Positions 8,456 to 19,069 of a stretch of 64,000 nt of DNA are shown here, in pieces. Source of the DNA: Sulfuricurvum sp. (lineage in GTDB: Bacteria > Campylobacterota > Campylobacteria > Campylobacterales > Sulfurimonadaceae); assembly GCF_023229695.1 (NCBI RefSeq), contig NZ_JALNYS010000014.1, forward strand, positions 20,540 to 84,539. The letters are read 5' to 3'. The notes beneath the pieces are model-generated. The model was not told the DNA's origin. It ran no database searches and saw only the letters and a program-made list of their open reading frames with translations. Made by a program: the position numbers and the translations under genes. Numbering within the stretch: position 1 is the first letter of the stretch; each line of letters opens with the position of its first letter.

Positions 8456-9532
8456 TTATTCCTCTATTTTATGAGAAAGTTTTCCCGGCATCGCCTCTTT
8501 GTTGGCGAGGAGATCTTCGATTTGACGTTTCACCTTATCGTAGCGGAATTGCTCTTTGAACCCGTTGATCCGTCCGCCGGCGGCGTTGGGATGACCGCCC
8601 CCTCCGACCCATTCGCCTGCCATGAGAGCCACATCGACCTGATTGTGTCCGCGTATGCTCAACGTCCCTCGGGTGCCGACATCAATGATAAAATCGAAAT
8701 CGGGGAATGCGGTGACAAAACCGTTTCCGATAATCGAGGTATTTCCCAATCCGTAGCTCAAAAAGCCGCGCCATCCTTTGTAATAGATCGTCATCTCGCT
8801 ACGTTTGGTCCCCAGCAATGCGACGATGTATTTGGTCGAGAGATTATCGAGGGTATTGTCGGCATCGTCTTTGAAAAAATCTTTTTTCATTGTATGAAGG
8901 GCCTCGTCAAGGAGGATATTGGCGTTGGGGAGATCGCGCATCTGTGCCGCTTGTTCGAGCATGGCGAGCTTGTAGGTGCGGTCTTCATCGCCGAACATGA
9001 CACGGCTGAGCTCTTTGGCATCACTGATGAGACGCATACACACTTTGCCGTATTCGAAATCCTCTTCTTCGTCCTGATGCCACAGATCGACGGCATTGAC
9101 CACTTTGACAAACGGCTCCAGCCATCCTCCCGCCTGAAGGCCGTAGTGTTCGAGTGCGTACTCGTAGACGATTTTCGTTGCGCATCGCTGGGTATCGAGA
9201 AAATACCACGGATATTGGGCTGCGGTATCTTTTCCGCTGCCGTGGTGGTCGAGGAGGGTGATGGTGAGGCTCCATCCGTTTTCGTTGAGGCGGTTGACTT
9301 CGTTATTGAGCCATTTGGCCTCTTCGGGATAGAGATTGAGGTCACTGATGAGGATCGTAGCCGTCTGTTTTGTTTTTTTGATTGTCTCGATAATTTGTTC
9401 GAGGCGGTCCATCACTTCGGCACCGTAGTTGGCGTTGAAGCTGATCATCGTGTGGGGAGTCTGGGCCATGACAAGCTGGCAGCTGTAGCCGTCAAGATCG
9501 ATATGGGAGAGGTGGTAGATGGTTTTTGTCAT
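8456..9532 (-). CDS. DHH/DHHA1-family phosphoesterase
   Basis: HIDLDGYSC, LLDHHGSG (DHH) and GGGHPNAAGG (DHHA1) motifs. Confidence 0.85.
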   Translation of the reverse strand: MTKTIYHLSHIDLDGYSCQLVMAQTPHTMISFNANYGAEVMDRLEQIIETIKKTKQTATILISDLNLYPEEAKWLNNEVNRLNENGWSLTITLLDHHGSGKDTAAQYPWYFLDTQRCATKIVYEYALEHYGLQAGGWLEPFVKVVNAVDLWHQDEEEDFEYGKVCMRLISDAKELSRVMFGDEDRTYKLAMLEQAAQMRDLPNANILLDEALHTMKKDFFKDDADNTLDNLSTKYIVALLGTKRSEMTIYYKGWRGFLSYGLGNTSIIGNGFVTAFPDFDFIIDVGTRGTLSIRGHNQVDVALMAGEWVGGGGHPNAAGGRINGFKEQFRYDKVKRQIEDLLANKEAMPGKLSHKIEE

Positions 9533-9641
9533 TTAATGATGTTCCTTTTTAGATAACAAGATTCAAAATTTCTGCCCCCTCAGGGGCAAGCTTCAGTGCC
9601 ATAGCGGCAAGCGTAGCCAGCGGGATTTTATTCCTCTGGCG

Positions 9642-11825
9642 TTATCCCAAACTAATAGACCCGAGCACTTCAAATTTTGCTCCGGAATCAATTTCGGCGT
9701 GAGAGAGGGTGGCGATATCAAGACTGAACCGTTCATAGATTTCAGCCAACGGGCGGCGGAGTTTTGGGTCAACAATAACGACGATCGGAGATATCCCTTT
9801 CTGGAGGAGTTCGCTTGCTTTTTGACTGGTTGCCTGGATCAGACTGTTGATCTCTCCGACATTAAGCATGAGCTGCCGGGTTCCATCCCGTTCGCTTGAT
9901 TTTTCCAGCAGTTTTTGTTCACTCATCGCATCAAACGTCAGCAGTTTGATCACCCCGTCAGGACTGGTATAGGCCTGTGTAATAATGCGGGAGAGTTTGG
10001 CACGGACGTGTTCGGTGATGGTGTCGACGCTTTTGGTGTATTCAGCGACGTCGGCGATCGTCTCTAGAATCGTAATCATATCTTTCAGCGGGACACGCTC
10101 ATGCAACAGTGCTTTAAGAACCCGCTGGATAAGGCCGATATTGGCCATTCGAAGAAGATCGTCCACCACGACGGGGTAGTCGTTTTTGATTTTCTCGATC
10201 AGTGATTGGGTCTCTTGACGGGTAAGAAGCTCTTCGGCATATTTTTTCACCAGTTCGCTCATGTGCGTCGAGATAACGGTAGCCGGGTCAACGACGGTAT
10301 AGCCGTTCATAATCGCGTCTTCTTTGATACTGGGGTCAATCCAGTAGGCATCCAGTCCGAAGGCCGGTTCTTTGGTCGCTTCCCCCTCGATCTCCGCCAT
10401 CGCCATACCGCTGTCCATAGCGAGAAATCGGTCCGGCTGGATGATGCCGTCTCCGATATTGACCCCTTTGAGGAGGATTTCGTACTGATTCGGTTTGAGG
10501 TGGAGATTGTCGCGGATACGTACCTGCGGCATCAGAAACCCGAAATCGGAAGCGATTTTACGCCGCATTGAGCGGATACGCTCCAGCAGGTCCCCCCCCT
10601 GATTCGTATCGGCGAGACGGATGAGCTGATAGCCCAGAGTGAGTTCGAGCATCTCGATTTTGAGGATGTCTTCGAGGGCGGCTTCCTCCTCTTTGGCGAT
10701 CTCTTCGTTGCTTTTTTTACGAGGCGCGGCAGGAACGCTCCCCTCGGCCCCTGCACCGGCTGCTCCGGCAGCTGCCGGTGTAGCCCCTTTTTTGGGTGCG
10801 GTGGAGAGGAGAAGATCCCCTTTTTCGTATTTGTAGAGGGCGTAGCCCAAGCCGGCAAAAATCAGCCCCACAAATCCCATGGAGAGGGTCGGAAGACCCG
10901 GAACGGCAGCGAAAAGGATCATGATAAAACCGACGATCATCATCACTTTCGCATTTCCCATCAGCTGGTTGATACTTCCCTCGGCAAAATTGCCCGAATC
11001 ATTCGAACCGCGGGTGATCATGATACCGGTAGCGGTCGAGATAATCAGAGCGGGGATCTGGGAGACCAGACCGTCCCCGATGGTCAGAATGGTAAACGTT
11101 TGAGCACTCGTAGAGACGTCGAGATCAAACTGGAAAACCCCGATCAAAAATCCGCCGATAATATTGATCATCGTAATGATGATCCCGGCAATCGCATCCC
11201 CTTTGATAAATTTACTCGATCCGTCCATCGCCCCGTAAAAACTGGCATCCTGCAAGATTTCGGCACGCCGTATTTTTGCCTCTTTTTCATCGATGAGACC
11301 GCTGTTGAGATCGGCATCGATTGCCATCTGTTTTCCGGGCATCGCATCGAGGGTGAAGCGGGCCGCTACCTCTGCGACCCTTCCGGATCCTTTGGTAATA
11401 ACCATAAAGTTGATCAATACTAAGATGACAAAGACAATCACACCGATAACGTAATTTCCCCCGACGACGAAGTTTCCGAAACTCGTAATGATGTCACTGA
11501 CCGCTTCGGGCCCCTCATGCCCGTGACTGAGAATCATCCGTGTCGTGGCAATATTCAAGGAGAGACGAAAGAGGGTAATAATCAGCAGCAATGTCGGAAA
11601 GGTGGTCAGATCGGTCGGTTTGGGAATATAAAGGGAGATCAATAAAATCAAGACCGAAATGGCGATAACGACGGCAAGGAGCAGGTCGAGCATCGCACTC
11701 GGCAGGGGGACGATGATGATCGCCAAAATGGCCATAACAAAAAAGACGACGCTTAAATCACGAGAGGCAAATATAATGCCTAAAAGATTCTTTACGCCCG
11801 GGGTTTTGTCTTTTGCTTTTGCCAA
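9642..11825 (-). CDS. flhA: Flagellar type III export protein FlhA
   Basis: 727 aa. N-terminal polytopic domain with [24 protein letters not shown] and [25 protein letters not shown]-terminal cytoplasmic domain. Synteny with rrf2 and rpsO as in Campylobacter. Confidence 0.95.
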   Translation of the reverse strand: MAKAKDKTPGVKNLLGIIFASRDLSVVFFVMAILAIIIVPLPSAMLDLLLAVVIAISVLILLISLYIPKPTDLTTFPTLLLIITLFRLSLNIATTRMILSHGHEGPEAVSDIITSFGNFVVGGNYVIGVIVFVILVLINFMVITKGSGRVAEVAARFTLDAMPGKQMAIDADLNSGLIDEKEAKIRRAEILQDASFYGAMDGSSKFIKGDAIAGIIITMINIIGGFLIGVFQFDLDVSTSAQTFTILTIGDGLVSQIPALIISTATGIMITRGSNDSGNFAEGSINQLMGNAKVMMIVGFIMILFAAVPGLPTLSMGFVGLIFAGLGYALYKYEKGDLLLSTAPKKGATPAAAGAAGAGAEGSVPAAPRKKSNEEIAKEEEAALEDILKIEMLELTLGYQLIRLADTNQGGDLLERIRSMRRKIASDFGFLMPQVRIRDNLHLKPNQYEILLKGVNIGDGIIQPDRFLAMDSGMAMAEIEGEATKEPAFGLDAYWIDPSIKEDAIMNGYTVVDPATVISTHMSELVKKYAEELLTRQETQSLIEKIKNDYPVVVDDLLRMANIGLIQRVLKALLHERVPLKDMITILETIADVAEYTKSVDTITEHVRAKLSRIITQAYTSPDGVIKLLTFDAMSEQKLLEKSSERDGTRQLMLNVGEINSLIQATSQKASELLQKGISPIVVIVDPKLRRPLAEIYERFSLDIATLSHAEIDSGAKFEVLGSISLG

Positions 11826-11828
11826 CGG

Positions 11829-12239
11829 TTACTCTTCTAAAATGGCTTCAAGGGTTAAAATTCCTAAAAAAGCATCCACTTTTCCCTGAAGGCGGTTGAG
11901 AAACGGCCATAAACCGCAGGTAGGTGCTTTGTTAGAGGGGCAATCTTCTTGGGAGGGGGAGCAGTTAAAAACCGCCGGGCTTTTCCCCTCCGCCGCTTCC
12001 ATCACTTCGAGTACGGTGATCTCACTGCTTTTGCGCGCCAGTTCAAATCCGCCGTTCACCCCTTTGTAGGAGTTTAAAATCCCTTTTCGGGCAAGCGACT
12101 GAAGAATTTTGGCCAAAAAACTTTTTGAGATATCGAGTTCGCGGGAGAGGGTATCGGCATCCATTGCACGATCCGCTTTTGCCAAGACGATCAGCGATAA
12201 TAATGCGTACTCGCTCGCTTTGGTCATTAGCATCGGCAT
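11829..12239 (-). CDS. Rrf2-family transcriptional regulator
   Basis: MTKASEYALLSLIVLAK...LSRELDISKSFLAKILQSLARKGILNSYKGVNGGFELAR. The start could be one of three closely spaced Met codons. Confidence 0.85.
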   Translation of the reverse strand: MPMLMTKASEYALLSLIVLAKADRAMDADTLSRELDISKSFLAKILQSLARKGILNSYKGVNGGFELARKSSEITVLEVMEAAEGKSPAVFNCSPSQEDCPSNKAPTCGLWPFLNRLQGKVDAFLGILTLEAILEE

Positions 12240-12411
12240 CCTTGATAATTATTTTTTTTGATGTGCCGCCCGTGCGGCATCGGAAGTTTGCCTCGGCAAG
12301 AGGCAGAAAATAGCGTTATCGTATTTTCTTTCTTTATTTAGGGCAATTATAGCTAAAAAAAATAAGAGGTTACTTTCGGAATTTTTTACCGCAAACGGGA
12401 AATTTATTCGC

Positions 12412-12417
12412 TATAAT
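12412..12417 (+). promoter_or_regulatory. Candidate -10 box (TATAAT) upstream of rpsO
   Basis: gcTATAATtcc lies ~65 nt upstream of the rpsO ATG and is preceded by T-rich sequence. Position only, no experimental support. Confidence 0.3.
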
Positions 12418-12481
12418 TCCGACCCTGCTTTATGAAGAATTGTCTTTATCGAGTAAATATCATACCCATCAGGAGGCTACC

Positions 12482-12757
12482 ATGGCTTTAGATACGGCTA
12501 AAAAAGCACAGATTATTGAACAATACCAAAGAACTTCCGGTGATACCGGTTCAAGCGAAGTACAAATCGCACTTCTCTCTACCCGCATCGCCGGTCTTAC
12601 AGAGCACTTGAAAACATTCAAAAAAGACCACTCTTCACGTCTCGGTCTTTTGAAATTGGTTGGTCAGCGTCGTCGTTTGATGCGTTATTTGAAACGTACT
12701 AACCGCGAAAGCTACAACAAATTGGTTGCTGATCTCGGTATCCGCGACAATATCTAA
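12482..12757 (+). CDS. rpsO: 30S ribosomal protein S15
   Basis: [76 protein letters not shown] lies 5 nt upstream of the ATG at 12482. The 12440 start given in the ORF track is an upstream extension. Confidence 0.95.
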   Translation: MALDTAKKAQIIEQYQRTSGDTGSSEVQIALLSTRIAGLTEHLKTFKKDHSSRLGLLKLVGQRRRLMRYLKRTNRESYNKLVADLGIRDNI

Positions 12758-12826
12758 GTATTACTCTATTCAGAGCGCCAAAGGAATTCATCCCTTTGGC
12801 TTCGCTAGCCGCTACGGCACTGCATC

Positions 12827-12852
12827 TTGCCTCTTTCGAGGCAAATTTTCTC
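12827..12852. terminator. Candidate intrinsic terminator between convergent rpsO and the 113-aa gene
   Basis: TTGCCTC-tttc-GAGGCAA followed by ATTTTCTC. A second 8-bp hairpin GCCAAAGG...CCTTTGGC lies at 12777-12800. Confidence 0.4.
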
Positions 12853-12909
12853 ATACAGTCACTTCTTGAATCTTCGACAAATGTTTCAAAACTTCATTAT
12901 AATAATCGC

Positions 12910-13251
12910 TCACGCATCGTGATGATAATGTTCCAATACCCGTTTGTACTCTTCATACACCTGTCGCGGTGTCAGTGAACCTGTATACATTTTGAGGATT
13001 TGGCGGGTAAAATCGAGCGGATACTCAATCGACAGACCTGCATTGCGTTTGTATACCGCATCCAAGGTTTCGTACATCCCCTCGTAGACTTCCGGATCTT
13101 CGTGTTTGAGACGTTGAAGGTTCTCTTCGGCTTGGATGAGCGAAGCGTCGTTGAACTCTCCGCGTGTTTTGATCGTTTTACGTACCTCTACGTAATCTTT
13201 TAGACTTTTTCGATTCAGGATATAGTCGGTAAAGATTTCTATGAGTAACAT
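12910..13251 (-). CDS. Hypothetical protein (113 aa)
   Basis: AAGGAG lies 6 nt upstream of the ATG. Core-like composition. No recognisable motif. Confidence 0.6.
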   Translation of the reverse strand: MLLIEIFTDYILNRKSLKDYVEVRKTIKTRGEFNDASLIQAEENLQRLKHEDPEVYEGMYETLDAVYKRNAGLSIEYPLDFTRQILKMYTGSLTPRQVYEEYKRVLEHYHHDA

Positions 13252-13353
13252 GGTTTCTCCTTATGTGTCCATTGAAACCATTCTACTCTTCAACCGTAGC
13301 AATAGTGTAGCAAGCGTATCATCGAAACTTTTTTCTTGTTTCTAGCACGGTAA

Positions 13354-14568
13354 TCATATTTTGTTTTTATCGATCTCTATTCCGCCGCATTCAAGGGTAT
13401 TGACCAGATCGGAAGTGTAGAGTTTGTCAAAATTGGCGAGCATGATTTTTCTGAGGTACTCTTTTTCCGCCTGTTCCGCCCGCATCAAGCTCCCCGCAAA
13501 GATCCCTTTTTTCTCCAGAACCAGCGAAGTGATGTCGCTGTCCATGTGGATGTGATGCATTAGCTCTTTGATATTGGTTTCAAAAATGGACCCCAGGAGG
13601 GAAAACATTCCGGCCAAATAGGCTTTTTCCTTATTTCTAGGGGATGCTTCGGCTTCCATCCTTTCGGCCCTTTTAATCGCAAGTTCAAGCAGGGTTTTCG
13701 ACGCCGGATTTCGTGAAAGTTCCGAGTACAGATAAACCAAAAGCCAACGGAGAAGTTTTTGTCTCCCCATCAGGTTGATCACTTGGGTCAGCGATTCGAC
13801 TTTGATATTGAGCTTTTCGGAGTTATTGAAAAACTGGATGAGTTTGAACGAGAGATCGGCCTGTTTTTTTAAAAAGAGTTCAAGCTGTTCATTGGCAGTA
13901 TTGTCCTCTTTGATAATCTTGATGAGTTGAAGAATGACAAACTGAGCGGCCTCTTTCGGCCCGACGATCTCGATCACTTCAGGCCGGTCGAGATAGTATC
14001 CCTGAAACCAGTGAAACCCGAGTTCCTGACACCGCTTATAATCTTCATTCGTTTCGATATTCTGGGCTAAGAGCCGGATACGGGTCCCTTTGAATTTTTT
14101 CACCACTTTTTCGAGATTCTCAGGGAGGGAGAGGGCAATATCCATCTTGATAATGTCGATAAAATTAAACAGCCGTCTGAATTTATGGAGCATCTGAGCA
14201 CTGGAATCAAAACGCTCCAGTGAGAGCATGAACCCCCTTTTTTTATACTGGATGATTTTATTGATGATGTTGTCATCGAGTTTGATGTTCTCGTGGATAT
14301 TGAGGACAAACCGATCCTTGTCAAGGACATCGAGAATCCCTTTGGTGATGGTCGATTCATCGATGTTTACAAAACCGAGACTGTTTCTCCCCAGCAGCCT
14401 GTCAAGCTCCGGACTGGTGATGGAACTCATGATCAGCTGCGATGTCCCTTTGACACTGTCAATCAGCCCGGTCTCTTTGTCATAACCGTCCTTAAATAGG
14501 AGCTCATAGGCAAAAACTTCGTTTTTTTGGTTAAAAATTTTTTGTTTTGAGAGGCGTATAATATTCAT
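13354..14568 (-). CDS. EAL-like + HDOD domain protein (c-di-GMP related)
   Basis: N-terminal FAYELLFKDG (EAL-type ELL motif) and QGYYLDRP. The C-terminal half is HDOD-like. The ATG at 14568 with AAGGA upstream is preferred over the TTG at 14574. Confidence 0.8.
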   Translation of the reverse strand: MNIIRLSKQKIFNQKNEVFAYELLFKDGYDKETGLIDSVKGTSQLIMSSITSPELDRLLGRNSLGFVNIDESTITKGILDVLDKDRFVLNIHENIKLDDNIINKIIQYKKRGFMLSLERFDSSAQMLHKFRRLFNFIDIIKMDIALSLPENLEKVVKKFKGTRIRLLAQNIETNEDYKRCQELGFHWFQGYYLDRPEVIEIVGPKEAAQFVILQLIKIIKEDNTANEQLELFLKKQADLSFKLIQFFNNSEKLNIKVESLTQVINLMGRQKLLRWLLVYLYSELSRNPASKTLLELAIKRAERMEAEASPRNKEKAYLAGMFSLLGSIFETNIKELMHHIHMDSDITSLVLEKKGIFAGSLMRAEQAEKEYLRKIMLANFDKLYTSDLVNTLECGGIEIDKNKI

Positions 14569-14609
14569 CGTCAATTCCTTAGGCAGTTTGCGTGTGTGGG
14601 GAAATAAAC

Positions 14610-15329
14610 TTATACCCCGAAAATCTTCTTCGCCCGCTCTAAATCTTCCACCGTATCGATCCCAAACCCGCTACTCGCTACTTTGACCATCGAGATTTTT
14701 TTGCCGTGATAGAGGGCGCGGAGCTGTTCGAGTTTTTCGATGTCTTCCAGCGGTGCTTCGCCGAGGGCGCAGAAATCGTGGAGCGATTTTTTGGTAAAGC
14801 CATAAATCCCGATATGGCCGAAATAGTTCGCCTCTCCGCTGCGGTTGAACGGGATAGGAGAGCGGGAGAAATAGATCGCGTTGTGATCTGCATCGGTGAT
14901 GACCTTGACGAGGTTCGGATCTTGCGCCGATTCGGTATTGATTGCGTTGTAACAGCTTCCCATGATGAACGGAGCATTTTGTGCTTTGAGGGCGTTGAGA
15001 CGTTCGATCAGGAGTTCGAGTACTTCCGTTTCGATAAACGGCTCATCGGCTTGGACGTTGATGATCAGCTCATCATCGGGGATGTCGAGGATTTGGGCGC
15101 ATTCGTTGATCCGGTCGGTTCCGCTTTTGTGGGTAGTAGAGGTGAGACGCGCTTCGACACCGTGAGCGGCGCAGATGTCGAGGATTTTTTCATCGTCACA
15201 CGCGACGACGACACGGTCGATGGAGGCGACCCGTTTGGCAGTACGGATCACCATCGGCAAACCGCCGATATCGGCGAGCACTTTTTCAGGAAAGCGGGTG
15301 GAGGCGAGACGGGCAGGGATGATAATCAT
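14610..15329 (-). CDS. kdsB: 3-deoxy-manno-octulosonate cytidylyltransferase
   Basis: MIIIPARLASTRFPEKVLADIGGLPMV..., NVQADEPFI, ...EQLRALYHG. Confidence 0.9.
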   Translation of the reverse strand: MIIIPARLASTRFPEKVLADIGGLPMVIRTAKRVASIDRVVVACDDEKILDICAAHGVEARLTSTTHKSGTDRINECAQILDIPDDELIINVQADEPFIETEVLELLIERLNALKAQNAPFIMGSCYNAINTESAQDPNLVKVITDADHNAIYFSRSPIPFNRSGEANYFGHIGIYGFTKKSLHDFCALGEAPLEDIEKLEQLRALYHGKKISMVKVASSGFGIDTVEDLERAKKIFGV

Positions 15330-15531
15330 AGTTAAACCTGATATGAAGTGATATAATTGTTGAATTATATCCCAAAGGGTGAGAGATTGGGTGGTCTGGA
15401 GTTATAGAGACAGTTTTATCAGGCTTTTCCAAATGGTCACACACTGTGTGATGAGCTCGCTGATTGCTTCGTAGGGTTATAATTCTCTCCACATTGTAGA
15501 GAGAATTGAATTGAAGCGGCAGAAAATTAGG

Positions 15532-15816
15532 TTAATAATTTTTCCAATTATTTTGAATCCATTGTTTCACATTGATTTGGCTTCTCATATCAGATGGCAA
15601 ATGATTTCGAATCATTTTTTCCATTTTTTCAGCAGAGGATTTTTGTTTCCAATCCCACATTTTTGCTAATTTATTGATTAAGTATAAAACTTCATAGCCT
15701 TCATGTCTATTGAATAATGTACTATCCGGCTCACCTGTCACTTTTGGGTTATCCCCAGATACAGCAGTCCAACTGTAATCTTTATAGATTAAATCGCTTT
15801 TTGAGATTAAACTCAT
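15532..15816 (-). CDS. Hypothetical small protein (94 aa), AT-rich
   Basis: An internal ATG is preceded by AAGGAAG. No recognisable motif. It is the first AT-rich gene after kdsB. Confidence 0.5.
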   Translation of the reverse strand: MSLISKSDLIYKDYSWTAVSGDNPKVTGEPDSTLFNRHEGYEVLYLINKLAKMWDWKQKSSAEKMEKMIRNHLPSDMRSQINVKQWIQNNWKNY

Positions 15817-16181
15817 TTTTACTTCCTTTTTAGTTGAATAAAATGAGCAATTTAGTAACATCAATGTGACAGGTGAAAACAGGAGTCTACTGAATCATAA
15901 AAAATTTAGTGCTTATCTGCTATAGTCATTATCACATTAACTAGCGCGTTAATTGCTCAATACAAGAGTATCTCTATTGGCGTAGAGTTACTCAATCTCA
16001 TTTACTGCAATCACAAATCATAATCGCAATAATTCCTCTGTTACTTAGTTATGCTGTAACATTAGCATAAGTATAGCATATTTTAGCGGAATTGTAAATA
16101 ATAAATCTTATTTTTGTAAAATTTATGCAAAAATGTAATTTATTATGATATTATTTCTGACAATATACGGAGGTGGGAGAT

Positions 16182-17456
16182 ATGTTAGTAGAATTTAAAG
16201 TTAATAATTTTCGTTCTATCAAAGATACTGCAACATTTAGTATGCTTACTTCCTCGAAAGATGAGGAAAATTATTTTCCAGTTAGAGATTATAACTTGTT
16301 AAGAAGTTCGATCGTGTACGGTGCAAATGCAAGTGGAAAGAGTAATCTACTTAGAGCAATGGCTTTTATGGGAAGATTAGTATTAAATCGCTATAAGATT
16401 ATGCAATCTACCGATCTATTACCACATGATCCTTATCGATTGTCTATAGAGACAGAAAATGAGTCAAGTACATTTGAAATTGTTTTTTTTATCGATGAAA
16501 TCAAATATAGATATGGATTTGAAACAGACAGTGAAGTTGTTTACAGTGAATGGCTTTTTGCTGATGAAAAAGGTAAAGAAGCAAAACTCTTTTTCAGAGA
16601 CTCAGAAGAGTCAAGTTATGTCAATCCTAATAAGTTTAAAGAGGGGTATGACTTTTTCAATAAAAAAGATGAAAAAATAAAAATTGCAAAAAATCAGCTT
16701 TTCATCTGGAAATGTGACCAATCAGATGGAGAAATTTCTAAGGCGATTCTCGGATGGTTCAATCAATTTAATATGATTGATGGGATGGATCACAATGGAT
16801 ATATCAATTTTACAATGAAAAAAATGGAAGATGAAGTATTTAGAAAAAAGATAATTGATCTTGTTAAAACAGCTGACATTGGCATTGATGATATTCAAAT
16901 TGATGAAGAAGAAATGTCGGTAGATGTTATTAATGGGCTTCCATTTACGGATGCGTTTAAAACGGAACTTTTTAATAAAGGAGCTATGAAATCTATTTCA
17001 CTTAATACAATCCATCAAAAATTTGATCAAGATGGTGAAGTAGTTGGCAATGTTGTTTTTGAGCTAAATGAAGATGAATCAAAAGGTACAAAAAAGTTTT
17101 TTGCAATGTCGGCACCAATTTTGGATACATTGCAGCATGGAAAAATTTTAATTATTGATGAGTTAGATGCAAGTTTGCATCCTATCTTGACTCAGCATCT
17201 TATTAAACTTTTTCATGATGAGAAGATTAATAAAGAAAAAGCGCAACTCATTTTTGCGACGCATGATACTAACCTTTTAAAGCCTGAACTTTTTAGAAGA
17301 GATCAAATTTGGCTTACAGAAAAAGATCAATATGGCGCAACAAATATCTATTCGTTGGCACAATTTAAAAATGTGAGAAAACAAGAAGATTTTGAAAAAC
17401 AGTATATTCAAGGTAAGTATGGAGCCATCCCTTATCTTGGTAAATTTGAGTTTTAG
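16182..17456 (+). CDS. AAA_21-type ATPase, AbiLi/RloA-like
   Basis: Walker A GANASGKSNLLRA. Walker B ILIIDELDASLHP. FATHDTNLL. C-terminal YIQGKYGAIPYLG. GGAGG lies 8 nt upstream of the ATG at 16182. Confidence 0.8.
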   Translation: MLVEFKVNNFRSIKDTATFSMLTSSKDEENYFPVRDYNLLRSSIVYGANASGKSNLLRAMAFMGRLVLNRYKIMQSTDLLPHDPYRLSIETENESSTFEIVFFIDEIKYRYGFETDSEVVYSEWLFADEKGKEAKLFFRDSEESSYVNPNKFKEGYDFFNKKDEKIKIAKNQLFIWKCDQSDGEISKAILGWFNQFNMIDGMDHNGYINFTMKKMEDEVFRKKIIDLVKTADIGIDDIQIDEEEMSVDVINGLPFTDAFKTELFNKGAMKSISLNTIHQKFDQDGEVVGNVVFELNEDESKGTKKFFAMSAPILDTLQHGKILIIDELDASLHPILTQHLIKLFHDEKINKEKAQLIFATHDTNLLKPELFRRDQIWLTEKDQYGATNIYSLAQFKNVRKQEDFEKQYIQGKYGAIPYLGKFEF

Positions 17457-17464
17457 GAAGCATC

Positions 17465-18217
17465 ATGGCACGGAGAAGTGGTGGGGATAAACTTTTTCAA
17501 AAAAATAAAGAAAAAGCCAAAGTAGACTTCAAAAGAGCTACTAATGATAGACACACAGTTAATGATGTAATTATTGCGTGTGAAGATAGTGTCTCTTCTC
17601 CTGCTTACTTTATGATGATAATAGAAGAACTTATTAAAGCGAAAAAAATCACACAAGACTCTATCGTTATCGTGCCGCACGATGGTGCAACACATCCAAC
17701 AGGAGTTTTGGAAAATCTCAAAAGTTACAAAAATCAATATGGGAAAACTTACAAAGAATTTGATCATAAATGGATAGTGATTGATAGGGATGTTGAAAAA
17801 GTTAATGCTGGAGGACATACAGCACAAGATTTCAATAATGCTATTGAAAATGCAAAAAATAGAAGAAAAGATTTAAATGTTGATGTGGCTTATGCCAATG
17901 ATGCCTTTGAACTTTGGTATCTTTTGCATTTTGAATATAGAACGACAGCTATAATTAGAGATAAAATAGTGCAGCAAGTTGTAAAAAAACTCAAAGAGGT
18001 TGAGCCCCATAAATTTTCTAATTTAAATAAAGATAATATTAAGCAAGCAAATTATGCAAAATTGATATTTGAAACTCTTCAGAATAGCCAATTTACAGCA
18101 ATAAATAACGCTAATAGATTACTAAATAGTTATGGTGAAAATCATAATCCAGAAAATGACAATCCCTCTACAACGATACATCGATTAGTTATACTACTGA
18201 AGGAAATAGCTAATTAA
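17465..18217 (+). CDS. RloB-family (AbiLii-like, Toprim-related) protein
   Basis: IIACEDSVSSPAYF (compare CEGxxTExxYF), WIVIDRD, and ANDAFELWYLLHFEY (compare SNPCFELWLLLHF). Confidence 0.8.
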   Translation: MARRSGGDKLFQKNKEKAKVDFKRATNDRHTVNDVIIACEDSVSSPAYFMMIIEELIKAKKITQDSIVIVPHDGATHPTGVLENLKSYKNQYGKTYKEFDHKWIVIDRDVEKVNAGGHTAQDFNNAIENAKNRRKDLNVDVAYANDAFELWYLLHFEYRTTAIIRDKIVQQVVKKLKEVEPHKFSNLNKDNIKQANYAKLIFETLQNSQFTAINNANRLLNSYGENHNPENDNPSTTIHRLVILLKEIAN

Positions 18218-18247
18218 AAAACCCGTAAAATTTAGGCAAAGATATTT

Positions 18248-18535
18248 ATGAATAAAAGTTTGATACTCAATTTTTTGAAACAAAATAAAGAGATGATAGA
18301 AACCAAATATCAGGTCAAGCAAATCGGGCTTTTTGGCAGTTATGTCAAAGGGTTGGAAACCGATGAGAGCGATATTGATATTTTGGTCGATATGCCCTCA
18401 AGTTTTGATAACTATTATGATCTCAAAGAGTTTTTAGAGGCAAATTTACAAAAAAAAGTAGATTTAGGATTGATCGGGACGGTACGAGAACATTTGAAAG
18501 AGAAGATTTTTAGTGAGGTGGAATATGTCCGATAG
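18248..18535 (+). CDS. mntA: MntA-type nucleotidyltransferase antitoxin
   Basis: GLFGSYVKGLETDESDIDILVD (GSx10-SDxD minimal NTase motif). 95 aa. Confidence 0.85.
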   Translation: MNKSLILNFLKQNKEMIETKYQVKQIGLFGSYVKGLETDESDIDILVDMPSSFDNYYDLKEFLEANLQKKVDLGLIGTVREHLKEKIFSEVEYVR

Positions 18536-18959
18536 AGATCATTCGTTCTATGTTGTCGATATTTTTATCGCTATGAATAAAATAGAGAGATATACCCATA
18601 AGTTTGAAAATGCGCAAGATTTTCTCGATAGCGAATTGGAATGGGACGGTGCTATCCGAGAGTTGGAGATAATCGGTGAAGCGACAAATTATCTCCTAAA
18701 AGCCAATCTGATTGATCCGACCTACAGACGAATCGTCGATTTTAGAAATCAAATTATCCATGGGTATTTCGGTATAGATGAAAATATCGTTTTCGATGTA
18801 ATAAAAAATAAACTACCCCTCTATTATGACGATCTTTTAGAACTCTCCAAACTGCAAAATATAGATATTTTAGAAGCAATTAATGCATCAAGAAAAGAAA
18901 ATTTCGGCAATAAAAATGTACTCAATTTTTTAAATCAGTTAGTTTTGGAAATAGAATGA
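18525..18959 (+). CDS. hepT: HepT-type HEPN (DUF86) toxin
   Basis: RNQIIHGYF matches the Rx4HxY HEPN motif. The ATG at 18525 overlaps the mntA 3' end. Confidence 0.85.
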   Translation: MSDRDHSFYVVDIFIAMNKIERYTHKFENAQDFLDSELEWDGAIRELEIIGEATNYLLKANLIDPTYRRIVDFRNQIIHGYFGIDENIVFDVIKNKLPLYYDDLLELSKLQNIDILEAINASRKENFGNKNVLNFLNQLVLEIE

Positions 18960-19069
18960 CCTCAAGTGCTCTCAAAACTCTACCCCCCCCAAAAGAGATA
19001 GAAACCACTAAAATCCTCAAAAAATCGATAAGTGCGATTCTCATCAACTTTGATAGGAAATATATTTAA
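18956..19069 (+). pseudogene. Truncated 5' fragment of a fic-type gene (Fic_N-like MTSSALKTLPPPKEIETTKILKKSISA...)
   Basis: 37-codon ORF. The ATG overlaps the hepT stop (ATGA). The LPPxxEIET..ILK...A pattern is typical of Fic N-terminal regions. No Fic core follows. Contains a C8 tract at 18983-18990. Confidence 0.5.

Noticed and set aside
8414-9556. 380-aa ORF on the + strand
   Set aside because: It lies exactly antisense to the well-supported DHH/DHHA1 phosphoesterase gene (8456..9532). Its translation is low-complexity (runs of F/V/G/D/E) with no motifs, which is typical of a shadow ORF in a GC-richer gene.
12440-12481. Longer rpsO start ([14 protein letters not shown]...)
   Set aside because: S15 is ~89-91 aa. 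The ATG at 12482 has a perfect AGGAGG RBS and gives the conserved MALDTAKK N-terminus.
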